Source: Carcharhinus longimanus
Lineage: Eukaryota
Assembly (NCBI GenBank): GCA_030264375.1
Contig: JASCQW010000081.1
Span: 29,552,504-29,616,503, forward strand
Length of the DNA stretch: 64,000 bases
Direction of reading: 5' to 3'
Each line of letters starts with the position of its first letter. Position 1 is the stretch's first letter. A program made the position numbers and the translations under genes. Positions 24,354 to 36,461 of this stretch are shown piece by piece. A model generated the notes under the pieces. It saw only the letters and a list, made by a program, of their open reading frames with translations. It had not been told where the DNA came from and did not search any database.

Positions 24354-26139
24354 TTAAGAATTACAAGCATCGCAGTTTATTTTATTAAACTTGGGCAAGA
24401 GAGCTTTTTGTAGCTTTTACCAATTTTATTTTAAAAAGGACACCATGTAGTAAAGTTGGATCAGGTAAATCTTGAAAAGGTATGCCAATATCTGAAACTG
24501 CAAATGTCTGTTATACAGATCATGTTGTTGCTAGGTTTTCTTACACTGTGAGATTTCCTTCTCTTAACGAGAGGGCAAGTATAGATATTAATGTAAACTG
24601 AAATAAGCTCCCTGTAAAACCCATTTGTCTTTATCTGAAACATGTTGATTTTCTTTGCAGCGTAGATGGAATAGATCCAAGAAAACAATAGCATTATTTT
24701 GGCAAATAACACATAAGAACAAACAAGTGAACTTATCTATCTTCTCATGGTGTAGTAGTTGAAGGAACTGCAGATTTAAAAAAATCCCACAGCTCAAACA
24801 GTATAATTTTCCAGATTTTCTTTGTATGTATGCTAAGATTATTTTCTCCACCACCTCAATAAAATATGCATGTTAATTCTCAAAAATGTGCTACATAAAG
24901 TGGCAAATTGATTGATACTGCAGAAGCTGCTTAAGCAGAATAGAGTGGTGGAAATAAAATCATCTAATTTATCAGGCCATCTCCATTAAACAAAGCCAAT
25001 CTGCACTGATTTAAATACTTTAGGAATCAATTGGTGTCTGAGAAGATCTTTCCTATAAAGAAATATCTCCCATCAGTTGCAGCCCTGTCTTCATTAACAG
25101 ACATCAATTATAGAATGTTACACATGCAAGGATCAAATAAATGTTAATGTTTTGAATTGAGAATTCAGCATGTTTTGAAAAGCACCATTTACCTTTGAAA
25201 CCTAGTACATTATAATGATACAGCACACAGACAACTGCTGCTGCACTTCCTGTGTCTTGTGTTACATTTTAGATCCCCTGTGGCTACCCACTGCTCAGAA
25301 TGCAGTAGGACATGTTGCTGACATTTATACTGGAGTACAAGTAGTCTTATTCATGGAGTTGCCTGGAGCTAGCATGTTCCCTGACCATTGAACAAAATGA
25401 CAAGATGCATATCTGACTGCTTATGACCATGATTCTTTGCTGGAACTTCAGCCCTGGAGTTATCAGATGACTGCTAACAGCTTTTTCTAAAAAAGAATCA
25501 GCACACAACACAGTCAAAAACATAAAAATTAGACTCTTGCTATGCCTGTAAAGCTGCTGTCAGCCTTAAACCTTTATCAAATTGAAGAATGCTATGAAAT
25601 TTATACTGTGTATTATGCTTGGCAGTGGCAGCACTGGGGGTGGGGATTGGTGTTGTGAGGAAGAAAAAGGTTTATAATAGTCACAAGGTATCCGATTCCT
25701 AGTAACAGTGAAATAAAACTTCATGTCACTGCAATTCATATCATGTGCTGGAACAGCACTTCAGTTCATGATGCCTGCAAATGGCAAATAAAGTCTAGCT
25801 GAAAATGGACTAAAGGCTGGAGTGTGCTATAAAGATATGACACATTTCAAGTTCAGAAGATATTCATAAAAACTGCAGTTTATGATGTCATCTGAATCCA
25901 TTGCTATATTACTTAATTGTAACATTCACTTTTTTGTTATCCTATATGTATATTCTATTATTTCCTGTTAATTAGTTGTGGATTATCATTTGTTGTGTGT
26001 TTCCTGCTTAAAGGGGAAGAAAAGTGTAAGTAGAGTACCTTATTGGGAGGCTTTGTGCCATAGTGAAAGCNNNNNNNNNNAAGATATGTTCATTATGTGG
26101 CCAAACAGGTTGATTATCAACCTATAAATCCTTCAAGAA

Positions 26140-26292
26140 GAAATTAGGGGGCTTGGGGCTAAAGCGATCAAGGGATATGGGGGGAAGGAGGGATCAGGAT
26201 ATTGAATTTGATGATCAGCCATGATCAAAGTGACTGGCGGAGCAGGTTTGAAGGGCTGATTGGCTTACTCCTGCTTCTAGTTTCTATGTTTC
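26140..26292 (+). mobile_element. HER1 3' end
   Basis: ggggctaaag.gatcaagggatatggggg..gatcagccatgatc..ggcttactcctgcttctagtttctatg. Confidence 0.85.
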
Positions 26293-26338
26293 CATATGCC
26301 TGATGGCAGACAGTAAGAGTGGGAGAGTTTCTTGGTCA

Positions 26339-26477
26339 ATGAAATCAAAATACTGTGAATACTGGAGATCTGAAATAAAAACAAATGGTGTTAAAAATAC
26401 TCAGCAGGTCTGGCAGCATCTGTGGGCAGAGAAATAGCATTAATGTCTTAAGTCCAATATGACTATCCTACAGAACT
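26339..26477 (-). mobile_element. PLE terminal fragment (second family) with decayed hammerhead region
   Basis: aaatactg...ctggagatctgaaataaaaaca...actcagcaggtctggcagcatctgtgg...cagaac. Flanked by duplicated tggtca. Confidence 0.7.
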
Positions 26478-26555
26478 GGTCAGCCATACTGCAGAAGGCA
26501 ATGGCAAACTACTGCAGTACTTTGCCAAGCATAGTGATGGACCAAATCAATGAAA

Positions 26556-27722
26556 GGCATTTGACAAGATGCTGCACCAAACAAAGACTGATACATAAGA
26601 TAAAGGTGCACAGTGTTACAGTATTAGCATGGACAAAGGATTGATTAAATAACAGAAAGCAAAGAGTGGGGGTAAATGGGTGTTTTTCTGGTTGGTGATC
26701 AATGACTAATGGTGCGCCTCAGGGATCAGTGTTGAGACCGCAATTGTTTACGATTTACATGGATGATTTGGAGTTGGGGACCAAGTGTAGTGTATCAAAA
26801 TTCGCAAATGACACTAAGATGAGTGGCAGATCAAAGTATACAGAGGATGCTGAAAGTTTGCAAAGGGATCTCGATGGTCTCAGCGAGTGGATTGTGAAGT
26901 ACAATGTTGGTAAATGTGAGGTCATCCATTTTGGTAGGGATAACAGCAAAAATGGGCTATTATTTAAATGGTAAAAAATTGCAGCATGCTGCTGAACAGA
27001 GGGACCTGGCTGTCCTTGTGCAAGAATCATAAGAAGTTGATTTGCAGGTGCAGCAGGTAATTAAGAAGGCAAATGGAATTTTGAACTTCATTGCTATAGG
27101 GATGGAGTTTAAAAATAGCAAGATTATGTTGCAGCTATATAAACTGCTGGTGAGGCCACACCTGGAGTACTTTGTACTGTTTTGGTCTCCTTATTTGAGG
27201 AAGAATACACTGGCACTGGAGGAGATGCAGAGGAGATTCACTGGGTTAATTCTGGAATTGAGAGGGTTGGCTTATGAGGAGAGACTGAGTAGACTAGGGC
27301 TATATTCATTGGAATTCAGAGAATGAGGGGAGATCTTTTAGAAACATATAAGATTATGAAGGGAACAGATAAGATAGAAGCAGGAAAGTTGTTTCTACCG
27401 GTGGGTGAAACTAGAACTAGGGGGCAAAGCCTCAAAATAAGGAGAAGCAGATTTAGGACTGAGTTGAGGAAGAACTTCTTCACACAAAGGATTGCACTTG
27501 TGGAATTCCCTGCCCAGTGAAGCAGTGGAGGCTGCCTCTTTGAATATTTTTAAGGCAAGGACAGATAAATCCTTGAACAGTAAAAAAAATTAAGGGTTTT
27601 ATAGTGAGCAGGTAGGGAAGTGGAGCTGAGCCCATGAGAAGATCAGCCATGATGTTATTGAATGGTGAAGCAGGCTCAAGGGGCCAGATGGCCCTCTCCT
27701 GCTCCTAGTTCTTAAGTTCATA
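26556..27722 (+). mobile_element. CR1/HER1 LINE, 5'-truncated
   Basis: ORF pieces GAPQGSVLRPQLFTIYMDDL..SKFANDTK, VIKKANGIL..LVRPHLEY..RRFT and MRGDLLETYKIMKG, followed by the 3' tail. Confidence 0.95.
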
Positions 27723-29904
27723 GTTACCAATGCCCACTAAGACCACGGTACCTGAAGCAGGATATTTCCTAATAATTTCTAAAGGATTCCAGCCTTCAGT
27801 TCCAGAAGATTTCCTTAGCCACCTATCATTGCTTTATAGGCAGCCAAACTGACTCACTTCCTGTACTTGAATAGAGATGGAGATCTTTAAATCTCTTTAA
27901 CTCCCATTGTTAATCCTTCAGTGCAGATGCCCACATACAAACTCTATTATCTGTCATAATGTTTTCCTCTGATTAAAAGGCTGCTACAGAACAGAATAAG
28001 CCCAATCTCTCACATTCCACGGTATATATGGAGTCATTTGGAGGCCTTTATCAGATAGTCATCGACTGGTTGATGAGGTCAGTTTTCAATTTGGGCTCAA
28101 TATTAACACTTTTGCCTCTAGAGTCAGAAGGCCATGCCTTCAAATCCCACTCCTGACCTTGCTGTGCACAAAGTGCCTGCTGTGGTTCTCTTTTAATAAT
28201 TACATTTATTGGCATTGGTCAATAGTAGGGGTGAAATTGAAATCAATGGGGATTTTCTGGTTGGATCATAATTGGTATATTGGAAGATGGTTGCTGCTGT
28301 TGAAAGCCATTGACAATAGCCCAAATCATCATTGCAGGAGTGGTCCAATCATCATCAACTGCTTCTCAATTAACTTTCCTCGTTCATAAGATTAGGTTTG
28401 AGGCTACAGATGATGTTGTGATCATCACTGAAATGAGGGATAAATATTCGGTATAGTGGACATACGATTGCTCATGAAAAGGAAGGTGACTTGGGCAAAG
28501 ATAGAAATGCTGACTGCTCTTGAACAAGAAATGCTGGGGAATGATAAGCCTATAGTTTTATTGGAATCACTAAAGAATGGAATGAATATATTACGGGGTG
28601 TGCGGTGGATAATTATTACTGTAATTTGTTTAGATGATCATTACATTAAATACACTGCACCGTCTACACTGCACCATCTGTACATAAACAAGTCAGCTGC
28701 AGATTATACAGATGCCATGTAAGATATGATTGGTCACATTGGGGAATTTAAAATTCCCTTTAAAATTCAACATTTAACTTCCACCATTTTGTCACTGAAT
28801 CGGACTGTGGAGTTTTACAAACAATTATGCGTACATTTAACCTATGTATTTGGTTGAAAATATGAGAGTGGACATTGTGGCATTCGTATTAATGAAGCAC
28901 CATAACTGGACCTAAATTACATGCATGTCTGTGTTCAAAGAAGCACCATCATAGTTGAGCTCTCCTTCATCAATATCTTGAAAGTCACCATTAACCAGAA
29001 GCTGAGCTGAAATAACCATGACAACACCAAGGCTACCTGAATAATGTAGAGGCTGGGTACTTTCAGTGTTTTGACTCTTCCAAACCTCTCTACCAACTAC
29101 AAGGATCAACTTATGAATATGATACTCTTCGCAAATCTGGTTAGGTGAAGGCATAACAAAATATTTTAAATTTTAAGTTTTGTTCAGACCAGGAACCAGT
29201 GTAGCTCAGCAATACAGGATTGATGGAACAGAACCTGGAACGAGTTAAGTACTGACAACAGAGTTTTGGATGAGTACAAGTCATAATTGATAGAGATACG
29301 TGAGTGATGAGGCTAGTGGTGCACTTGGTGCGACAAGACATTTAAAGGCACATTCACTGACCTCGATTGTTTGGCATCATTAAACTTCTTGTGACACTAC
29401 ATCCAGGTCCTCCGGGTTTGACTCCTGACATTGAACACCATTGTTATCTGCTTCCACTGCCTTTCCAAAGTTTTTCTGAAAGGCCTCTTAGGCCTTTTGT
29501 GGTTAGATCTCTCCAAGTTACCACTTCTGAGGCATCCAGCCCAATATCATTGAACCTTGGAGGTCGCTTTGTCCTCTTGTTGCATTATAATTCACTATTC
29601 TTCCTGTCCAGATTCCCATCTGCAAACAGTTCCATTACATGTTCCAGCTAGAATTAACCTCCCCTTCAGAAAATGCAGGCTAGCTTTAAATAGTGTTACC
29701 ATTCGCACAAACTTGGGGTCACTTGCTGAGGCAAGCAGCCACTCAACAATGAGTTTTACACTGGCTGCACACTGCAATCATGCATATTAGCAAACACCAC
29801 AAGGAAATTAGTGTGCTGCCCGCATTAGAAGCATCGAGTGTCAGTCAAATATACTTCACAATTCCTGCAACTCTTGTCCAATTTAATCCATCATCAACGT
29901 GAAG

Positions 29905-30010
29905 CTGGATGCTATTTCTCTCTCCATTGATGCTCCCTGATCTGCTGAATCTTTCCTAGAATTTTCTATTTTTATTTCATATTTCCAGTGTTGGCAATAT
30001 TTTGCTTTTG
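29905..30010 (+). mobile_element. PLE terminal fragment immediately upstream of the ERI3 acceptor
   Basis: tttctctctcca..gatgct.cctga.ctgctga...attttct.tttttatttca.atttccag...gcaatattttgcttt, the reverse complement of the 26345/56905 motif. Confidence 0.65.
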
Positions 30011-30062
30011 TATGCGTAACTCTTTGTTCGTTAGACATCTTAATTTCTTTTTGTACCCACAG

Positions 30063-30162
30063 GCATACAGCTTTGCGATGGGAAAATATCCAAAGACCGG
30101 ACTGCCATTAATGATTGAAGGGTTGAATTTGCAACATATTGGCAAACTACATAGTGGGATTG
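30063..30162 (+). CDS. ERI3: Internal coding exon (penultimate, equivalent to human exon 8) of ERI1 exoribonuclease family member 3
   Basis: Acceptor tttctttttgtacccacAG and donor G|GTGAGT enclose 100 nt (phase 0 in, phase 1 out). Translation AYSFAMGKYPKTGLPLMIEGLNLQHIGKLHSGI(D) aligns without gaps to human ERI3 AYSFAMGCWPKNGLLDMNKGLSLQHIGRPHSGID as recalled, including the DEDDh ExoIII His. Confidence 0.92.
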
Positions 30163-30864
30163 GTGAGTACATTAGACTTGCCATTGATCTAAAATAGACA
30201 AGTAACCATGGAACTATGTGAAAAGAAAAGTCCATGTGTGCCATTTGTATTCTTTTCATTTTAAATTTATGGCTTGGAAATATAGAAAAAAATCTACAAT
30301 AGGCTTTACTGAATTGCCCAAATACTGTTTAAGAATTAGTATTTCCTTTTTGTTTGTGTGTTGCCTGCAATATATTTGTGAAATGAATTTGTTACTCTAA
30401 AATTTTGCAATGATAATATTTATAAGTTGATTATTGCAGCAATATCTCATGTAAGCAAAATGTGTTATATGACTTGCATAACTCCATATAAGTCCATCCA
30501 TGGCGTAGCTTTCATGTCTCCTTGGTACATTTGCTTTTCCTGCCAGTGATGAGGCATAATACATGCAAAACGTGCAGATTGATTACTGTTTATAAATCCT
30601 GCTTAATTTTCCTTTCTGTTTAGCTTACCTTGAAGAAAACTTGTACAATCTATTCACAACTTTTGTCATAAAGTAGAAGAGGGAAGCCATGTGTGCCTTA
30701 TTTTTAAGTTTTTAATATTTATATGTCACTTTTTATTTCATGGCATAAAATTTGTTGATTTAAATGTTTAAAATATTATTCGTATTCAAGTGAAATTTTG
30801 CAGTGATTTTTCTCTTCAATTTTTTTGTACCATAACTAAACACAACTGGATCTCAGATTTATAA

Positions 30865-31150
30865 ATGTCAGCTTGACTCAATGAGTGGCAATTTTATCTC
30901 TGAATCAAAGAAGATTACTACTTCAAGGCCCACTCCAGACTGTGGGAAGTGATCTGCACTGTCACTTCAGTACAGTACTGAAAGGATTGCTAGAGATACA
31001 GACATTTGGATAGAACTTAGATCAAGGCCCCAGTTGCCTGCAAAAATATTTTAAGGAGTTTGTGCAGTTTGGCAAGCGGAGAGAATTTCCAGGTAAATCC
31101 TCAACTGACCACGAGAAATAAATTAACATGCCATTGATCACACAGGAAAG
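30865..31150 (+). mobile_element. Degraded Deu-domain SINE
   Basis: Head ttgactca...ctctgaatca.agaag...ttcaag.cccactccagac followed by cacttcagtacagtactga. Confidence 0.55.
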
Positions 31151-31749
31151 TGGGAATTGCTAAACAAAAAAAGATCATGGTCTTGCTAGTTCACAGTGTT
31201 CCATTCTGGCAATTACATGATGTAAAAATGTAGAATTGTTGATTAAATTATGGCAATCAATCACTGTCAATTAGTCTAAAACAGACGAAGACATAAGACA
31301 AAGAAAACCCACTACTCATGGAAAACATTGGGATTGGCTCTTCCAGAGCATGCTAAGTTACAATATGCCATCAATGTAGAATATTTTGGATAAGAAATCC
31401 GAAATGGAGTTACAAACAAAATGCAAAAAATGGTAAAGAATGTGAAACTCTCTGCCACAAAGAATAGTCGAAGCAAATAGTTTAGATATATTTAAAGGGA
31501 AACAAGACAGTCATTTTCAAGGAGAAGAGTTGGTTACAAATGGTAGATTTAGTTGAAAGAAGATAGGAGGAGGTTCAAGTGGAGCGTAAACTACTGGCAT
31601 GGACTATTTCTGATTCACCTGTTTCTGTGTTGTATAACCTATGTATTATCATGTCACAAATTGCTCTCATGTTTATCCTTTTCTATCTTGATATCTTTCT
31701 GGTAAATCTGTATCTCCTGCATCACCACCATCTACTTTTGGTCCAATAT

Positions 31750-32840
31750 ACTTTTTCTGAAATGCGGTGCCCAAAACTGAGTGCAATTGAAGCATTACAT
31801 CCACCTTTTGATAATTCATCCCCATTGCAATAGAGCCAATACTCAATTCACCTTTATGATTACTTTTTGTACTAATACATTAAGTTTTAGTAATTAGTGT
31901 ACCAGGATAGCCAAATCCCTTTGCTTATTAGTGTTCCTAGTCTGTCACCATTAAGAAATACTTTAATTTGCCTTTTATGGCGCTAAAGTCGATGTGAAAC
32001 TCTATCTGCCACAGTTTTGCCCACTCACTTAAGCCATCTATGACCCTTCCCAGCATCCTATTCCCATCCTCACAACCTACTGTGCCTCCTAACCTAGTGT
32101 CATCTGGAAAATTAGCTATATAACGACCTATTTCTTCATCCAAGTCATTGACGTGTGTGGTGAAAAGCTGAGGCCTCAATGCAGATCTCTGGGGAACACC
32201 ACTTGTACATCCCATGATCAGATTAAATTTCCCTTATTAATTTTTCTGTCCCTTACCTCCCAATCAATTACCAGTGCCTCCAATTTTGTACACTTTTTTT
32301 TTGCTGATGCTGTATCTTCTCACAGAAGATTGAGTTGCACTGTGGAAGTCCGATTTAAATATGACATAAAACCCAATTCCCCACATTGAGGATGCATACC
32401 CCATTCTTACATTTTAACACATCTCTCACCATGTTGGGGCATTTAATATCAAGGTCAAAGTATTCATTTACTGAATTTGGCATTTCCAGAGATTAGGCAT
32501 AATGTGTGCAAAAATAACAGATTGGTTACTGCTCATGTACCCTGCTTAATTTTCCTTTCCGTTTAACTTACCTTATTATCTGTTACAATATCACCTGCAT
32601 CTATCTATCTCTTAAGGGCCCACATTCAGTCTTACCACTTGCTCTTAGACTTATAAAAAAATTATGCTGTTAGTTTTAATAGCCCTTCAGTTTTTTCATA
32701 ATCCTATTCTGTACCACGTACCCCTTTTTTTTCATAATCCTATTTTGTAACCCTTTATCTCTTGATTTCCTATCACTTTACCACTTCTTAAATTTCTCTT
32801 GTTACTAAAATTTGTGTAAACCTGTCCTGTTAGTGTGATA
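31750..32840 (-). mobile_element. Degraded CR1 RT region
   Basis: ORF 31937-32215: SGVPQRSALRPQLFTTHVNDLDE..ANFPDDTRLGG..LSEWAKLWQIEF. Confidence 0.85.
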
Positions 32841-32842
32841 TT

Positions 32843-34265
32843 GGGGCTAAGATTACTACTACCAGGTCAGGTGAGCAAGGATGGAAGACTCCCTGGCTTC
32901 ACAAACCTGGCCTTTAAAAGTGGCTGCCAGATGTCAGATTTATGATCCAGGAGAGCAAGCTAGATTAGAAACTGGAGTGGGTGACCTGGTAAGAAGTGGT
33001 GACTGTTGAGTGAGAAGGCAGGCTGGCTTTGACAGCATATCCAAAAATTAAAGATGATTAAAATGCTATCGTAGGTTTTTAACTTCCACTCATCAATACA
33101 GAAGTAAAAAGGCCAAATATCAAAGAGAACAACAATCTAATGCCACATGAAAAGAGGGTGCTGATTCATTGACAAGTAGTTCCCCATTGCTCTGTATCGC
33201 CCTATGCCAACCTATGCCTCTGTATCCACCCCCATGGCTCTTTATAGTCGCTCTGCCAACCAATTCCCATTCATCCACGCCCCCTGACCTTTTATAAGCC
33301 CCTTTGCCAATCCATGTCCCACCACCCCTTTGCCCTTAGACTTACCATGCCAGCTCATTATTCACCACGGACAGGTCTCAGGACTGATGCAGAGATAAGA
33401 TAAAGTGAACTCATATAAAATAAAGTTCTCTGCACTTATTGCGGACTACAGTCTGCTTATAGATACATTCTCATTCATAAAAACCCAGTTACAACATTTG
33501 CATTCCTTCAACTAAATAAAGCCTTATAACAAATCTATCATTCAAGTGCAGAATCACCTAAACAACAAGCATGGGAATTCATAACCCAACATCAAAGAGT
33601 CAATAACCACATCAAACTATGAAATGTAAGGGAACATATTTTGATAAGGAATGGTTATGATATCAGTCACGCAGCTCTAATCCAATAATGGAAACTCCCA
33701 AGTTTGTATAAACAGAAAAGAGTGAAATTACAATGATAATTTTTAAAATTATGTCTGGACATTTTTTCAAAAACTTAAAGGGCTGGAAATTTAAATGCCA
33801 CAATGGCTTGATAGCTCCCTTTGATGGGTTTGTTGACCGTTTCAATGAACTTGACAGTAAAGAGTTTATGCACTTTTTGCACACATTTAAGTCTACTTAT
33901 AACACCTTCAAAGGGCACCTGACCTCCATCAAAGAGCACCTTACCTTCCCCAAAGGTATCCTGAGACCAGATCCAAAGGGATGCCCAGACTATCTAAATT
34001 AATCCACCAAGCTCGGAATTGCTCTTACCTGGTATAATTTGGCATACTTCAAGTTTCAAGATCCCCCATTTCAGAGCAAGCAGTTGATGATTTAAATGAC
34101 CAACCATCTCTGTAAACCATGCATGTGTGAAATGTGCCCTTTCTCTACTACTACCCCCACAAAAATGGGAAGTTCCATGTTAAAGAGTGGGAATTTTGAT
34201 ATTTGGGGATTTCTGCCGTTTTCACCACAACTGAGAGCCTCTCCATCCTGATGAAAATCTGGGCC
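32843..34265. mobile_element. Old non-autonomous DNA element (8233/13045 family)
   Basis: Ends ggggctaagatt / gaaaatctgggcc. Internal ccatgccagctca and C-rich ccaccccca(tg) tracts. Confidence 0.45.
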
Positions 34266-34804
34266 TGGCTTTTACCTTATTTTACTTCGTGCTCAACTAT
34301 ACAAGTGGAAATTTTTCTTTTGAAGTTATGGACTAGTCTTGTATTATACCAAAATCTTCTTTGAATACTTCTCACTATTTGACTGAGGGGAACATTTTCT
34401 CATTCTTTCAGAATTCACTTTCTTAAATTTGAAACCATGATTGTGGCACTTGTTTTTCCAGCTCGAATGCAGTATCAAATTCAGTCATATGATGGTCACT
34501 GCTCAGAAGATATTCCCTTATAATCAGATTGTTCACTAACTGTGGCTTGCAGCTGATCATTGAACCTAATATCATCTTATTCCTAGATGGGCCTAAAACC
34601 TCTTGTTCTAGAAATTGATTGCCTTTGCTATCTGAGACATTCTGTTTCTCCTAATCTAAGTGGGAATTAAAAACTTCCTTTAAAAACCACATTGTTTCTG
34701 TTACAAGGATCCCTGATCTCCATACTAATGCAACCCTACATCAATACTGTCAGAAAATTTGTAGACAATTCCAACCAAGATTTGCATCTGTTTACAGAAT
34801 TAGA

Positions 34805-35422
34805 ATACCTGCATGCATAGTAAATACTCAGCATGTGTAGCAGCATCTGTGGACAGAGAGACAGAGTTAGTGTTTTAGGTCTGATCCTCCATCAGAACTG
34901 GGAGAAGTTAGAGATGTAATAGGTTTTGAGCAAGGAACAGAGAAGGATGAGAAAAGAATGAAAGCGAAGGTCTCTGTTAAGGTGGAAAACATAAGAGGTT
35001 AGATAACCAAAGAGTTCATGGTTCGTGACCACGTAAAGAAAGAAAAAGTGTCCAAAACAAATATGAATGCCAGGATCGTGATTAGTTATTATCTGGGAAT
35101 AAAGAAAAGAAGAAAGAAGAGAGAAACAAGAGAGAAAAAAGGAAACGAAATGAGGTAATAGTTACATTATAAAATTGTTGAAATTAGTGTTGTGCCCAGG
35201 TTTAAATCGAAGGATGGAATGCTGTTTGTTTAGCCTCTTTGGGATATTTCAGGAGGCCAAAGGTGGGAAGGTCAGAGACGAAAGATGGAAAAGTGAGTGG
35301 AACTCAGGATCATATATGATGACTGAATAGAAATGTTTGAGAGAGTGATCACCCAGTCTCGGTTTGGTCTTCCCATTGTAGAGGTCACATCATAAGTAAC
35401 AAATACGGTATAATAAATTGAA
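34805..35422 (-). mobile_element. Penelope-like element 3' remnant with decayed GIY-YIG domain and pLTR
   Basis: Minus translation of ~35345-35420 gives NLLYRICYL*CDLYNGKTKPRLGDH, resembling the GIY-YIG N.VY.I.C..C..LYIGETKR.L..R motif. The terminal part has a decayed CTGATG.A...AAA hammerhead and the cagcatctgtgga motif. Confidence 0.75.
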
Positions 35423-35714
35423 AGACTCAATTCAAACTGATGTTGCTGTGGTCACAGTGCAGATTGTGGACTGCTATACAATCACAGTGCCACACTTCAG
35501 CCGCTTGCATTCTGTTCTTTCATGCTGCGCGTACTTCACTGGTTGTTCACCTTACTGAATTCCTTTCTTTGCATTGTTCTTTTCACTTGGCTGTAATTTT
35601 GTCTTTTATCAATATTGGTATTCTTTCTCCATTCCCAATTTTTCTCTCATTCCTAATGATCCTACAACCTGCTTGATCTTGCCCCATAAGCCAAGCTCCT
35701 CCTCCTGGCAAGCA

Positions 35715-36450
35715 GAGTAAACCTTCTTTGAACTATTTCCAATGCAAGTATGTTCTGCAAGATAAGTAAAATGTCTCTCCTTGTACATTTGTAGCCACTT
35801 TTATATTACTCCACCTTTGCAATTAAACCAACATTTCATTTACCTTCTTACTTACTTGCTGTACCTGTATTGTGATTCATGTACAAGGACACCCAGGACC
35901 CTCTGTACTGTAGCACCCTGTCCCCGCTTTCCATTTAAATTAATGTACTGCTTTTCTTCCTGCCAAAGTGGGCAACCCCATATTTTCCCACATTGTACTC
36001 CATCTGCCAAATTTTGTCCAGTTACTTAACTTGTCTATGTCGCTGTACAAACTTTTTGTATCCCCCTGACAACTTGCTATCCCACCTATCATCAGAAAAT
36101 TTGGCTGTGATATAGTCAGTCCCTTTCATTCCAGACTTTAGTATAGACTGTAAATAGTTGAGGCCCTTTTGGCACTAGTTATCGTTTGTCTTCTTGAAAA
36201 TGATGAATTTATCTCAGCTCTCTGTTTTCTGATAGTTAGTCAATTCTATATCCATGCCAATATATCAGCCCAACACCATGAGCTCTTATCTTGTGTAGTA
36301 ACCTTTTATATGGCACCTTATTCAATGTCTTTCAGAAATACAAATATACTGTATCTACTGATTCCCCGTTATCAACCCTGCTTGTTACATCCTCAAAGAA
36401 CTCTAATACATTTGTCAAACACAGTTTCCCTTTCACAAAATAATGTTGAT
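35715..36450 (-). mobile_element. CR1 RT region, degraded
   Basis: Minus frame reads QHYFVKGKLCLTNVLEFFEDVTSRVDNGESVDTVYLYF. Confidence 0.9.
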
Positions 36451-36461
36451 CCTGAGTCACA

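Larger units (their letters stand above)
26042..26555 (+). mobile_element. SINE-like element with RTE/BovB-like motif, split by a HER1 tail and a PLE fragment
   Basis: Segments 26042-26135, 26293-26338 and 26477-26555. Contains gaaggcaatggcaaac.actgcagta, which resembles the BovB/Sauria-SINE motif. Confidence 0.45.

Noticed and set aside
25463-25480. cagATGACTGC resembling the start of the last ERI3 exon (DDC)
   Set aside because: Followed at once by TAA and located upstream of the penultimate exon.
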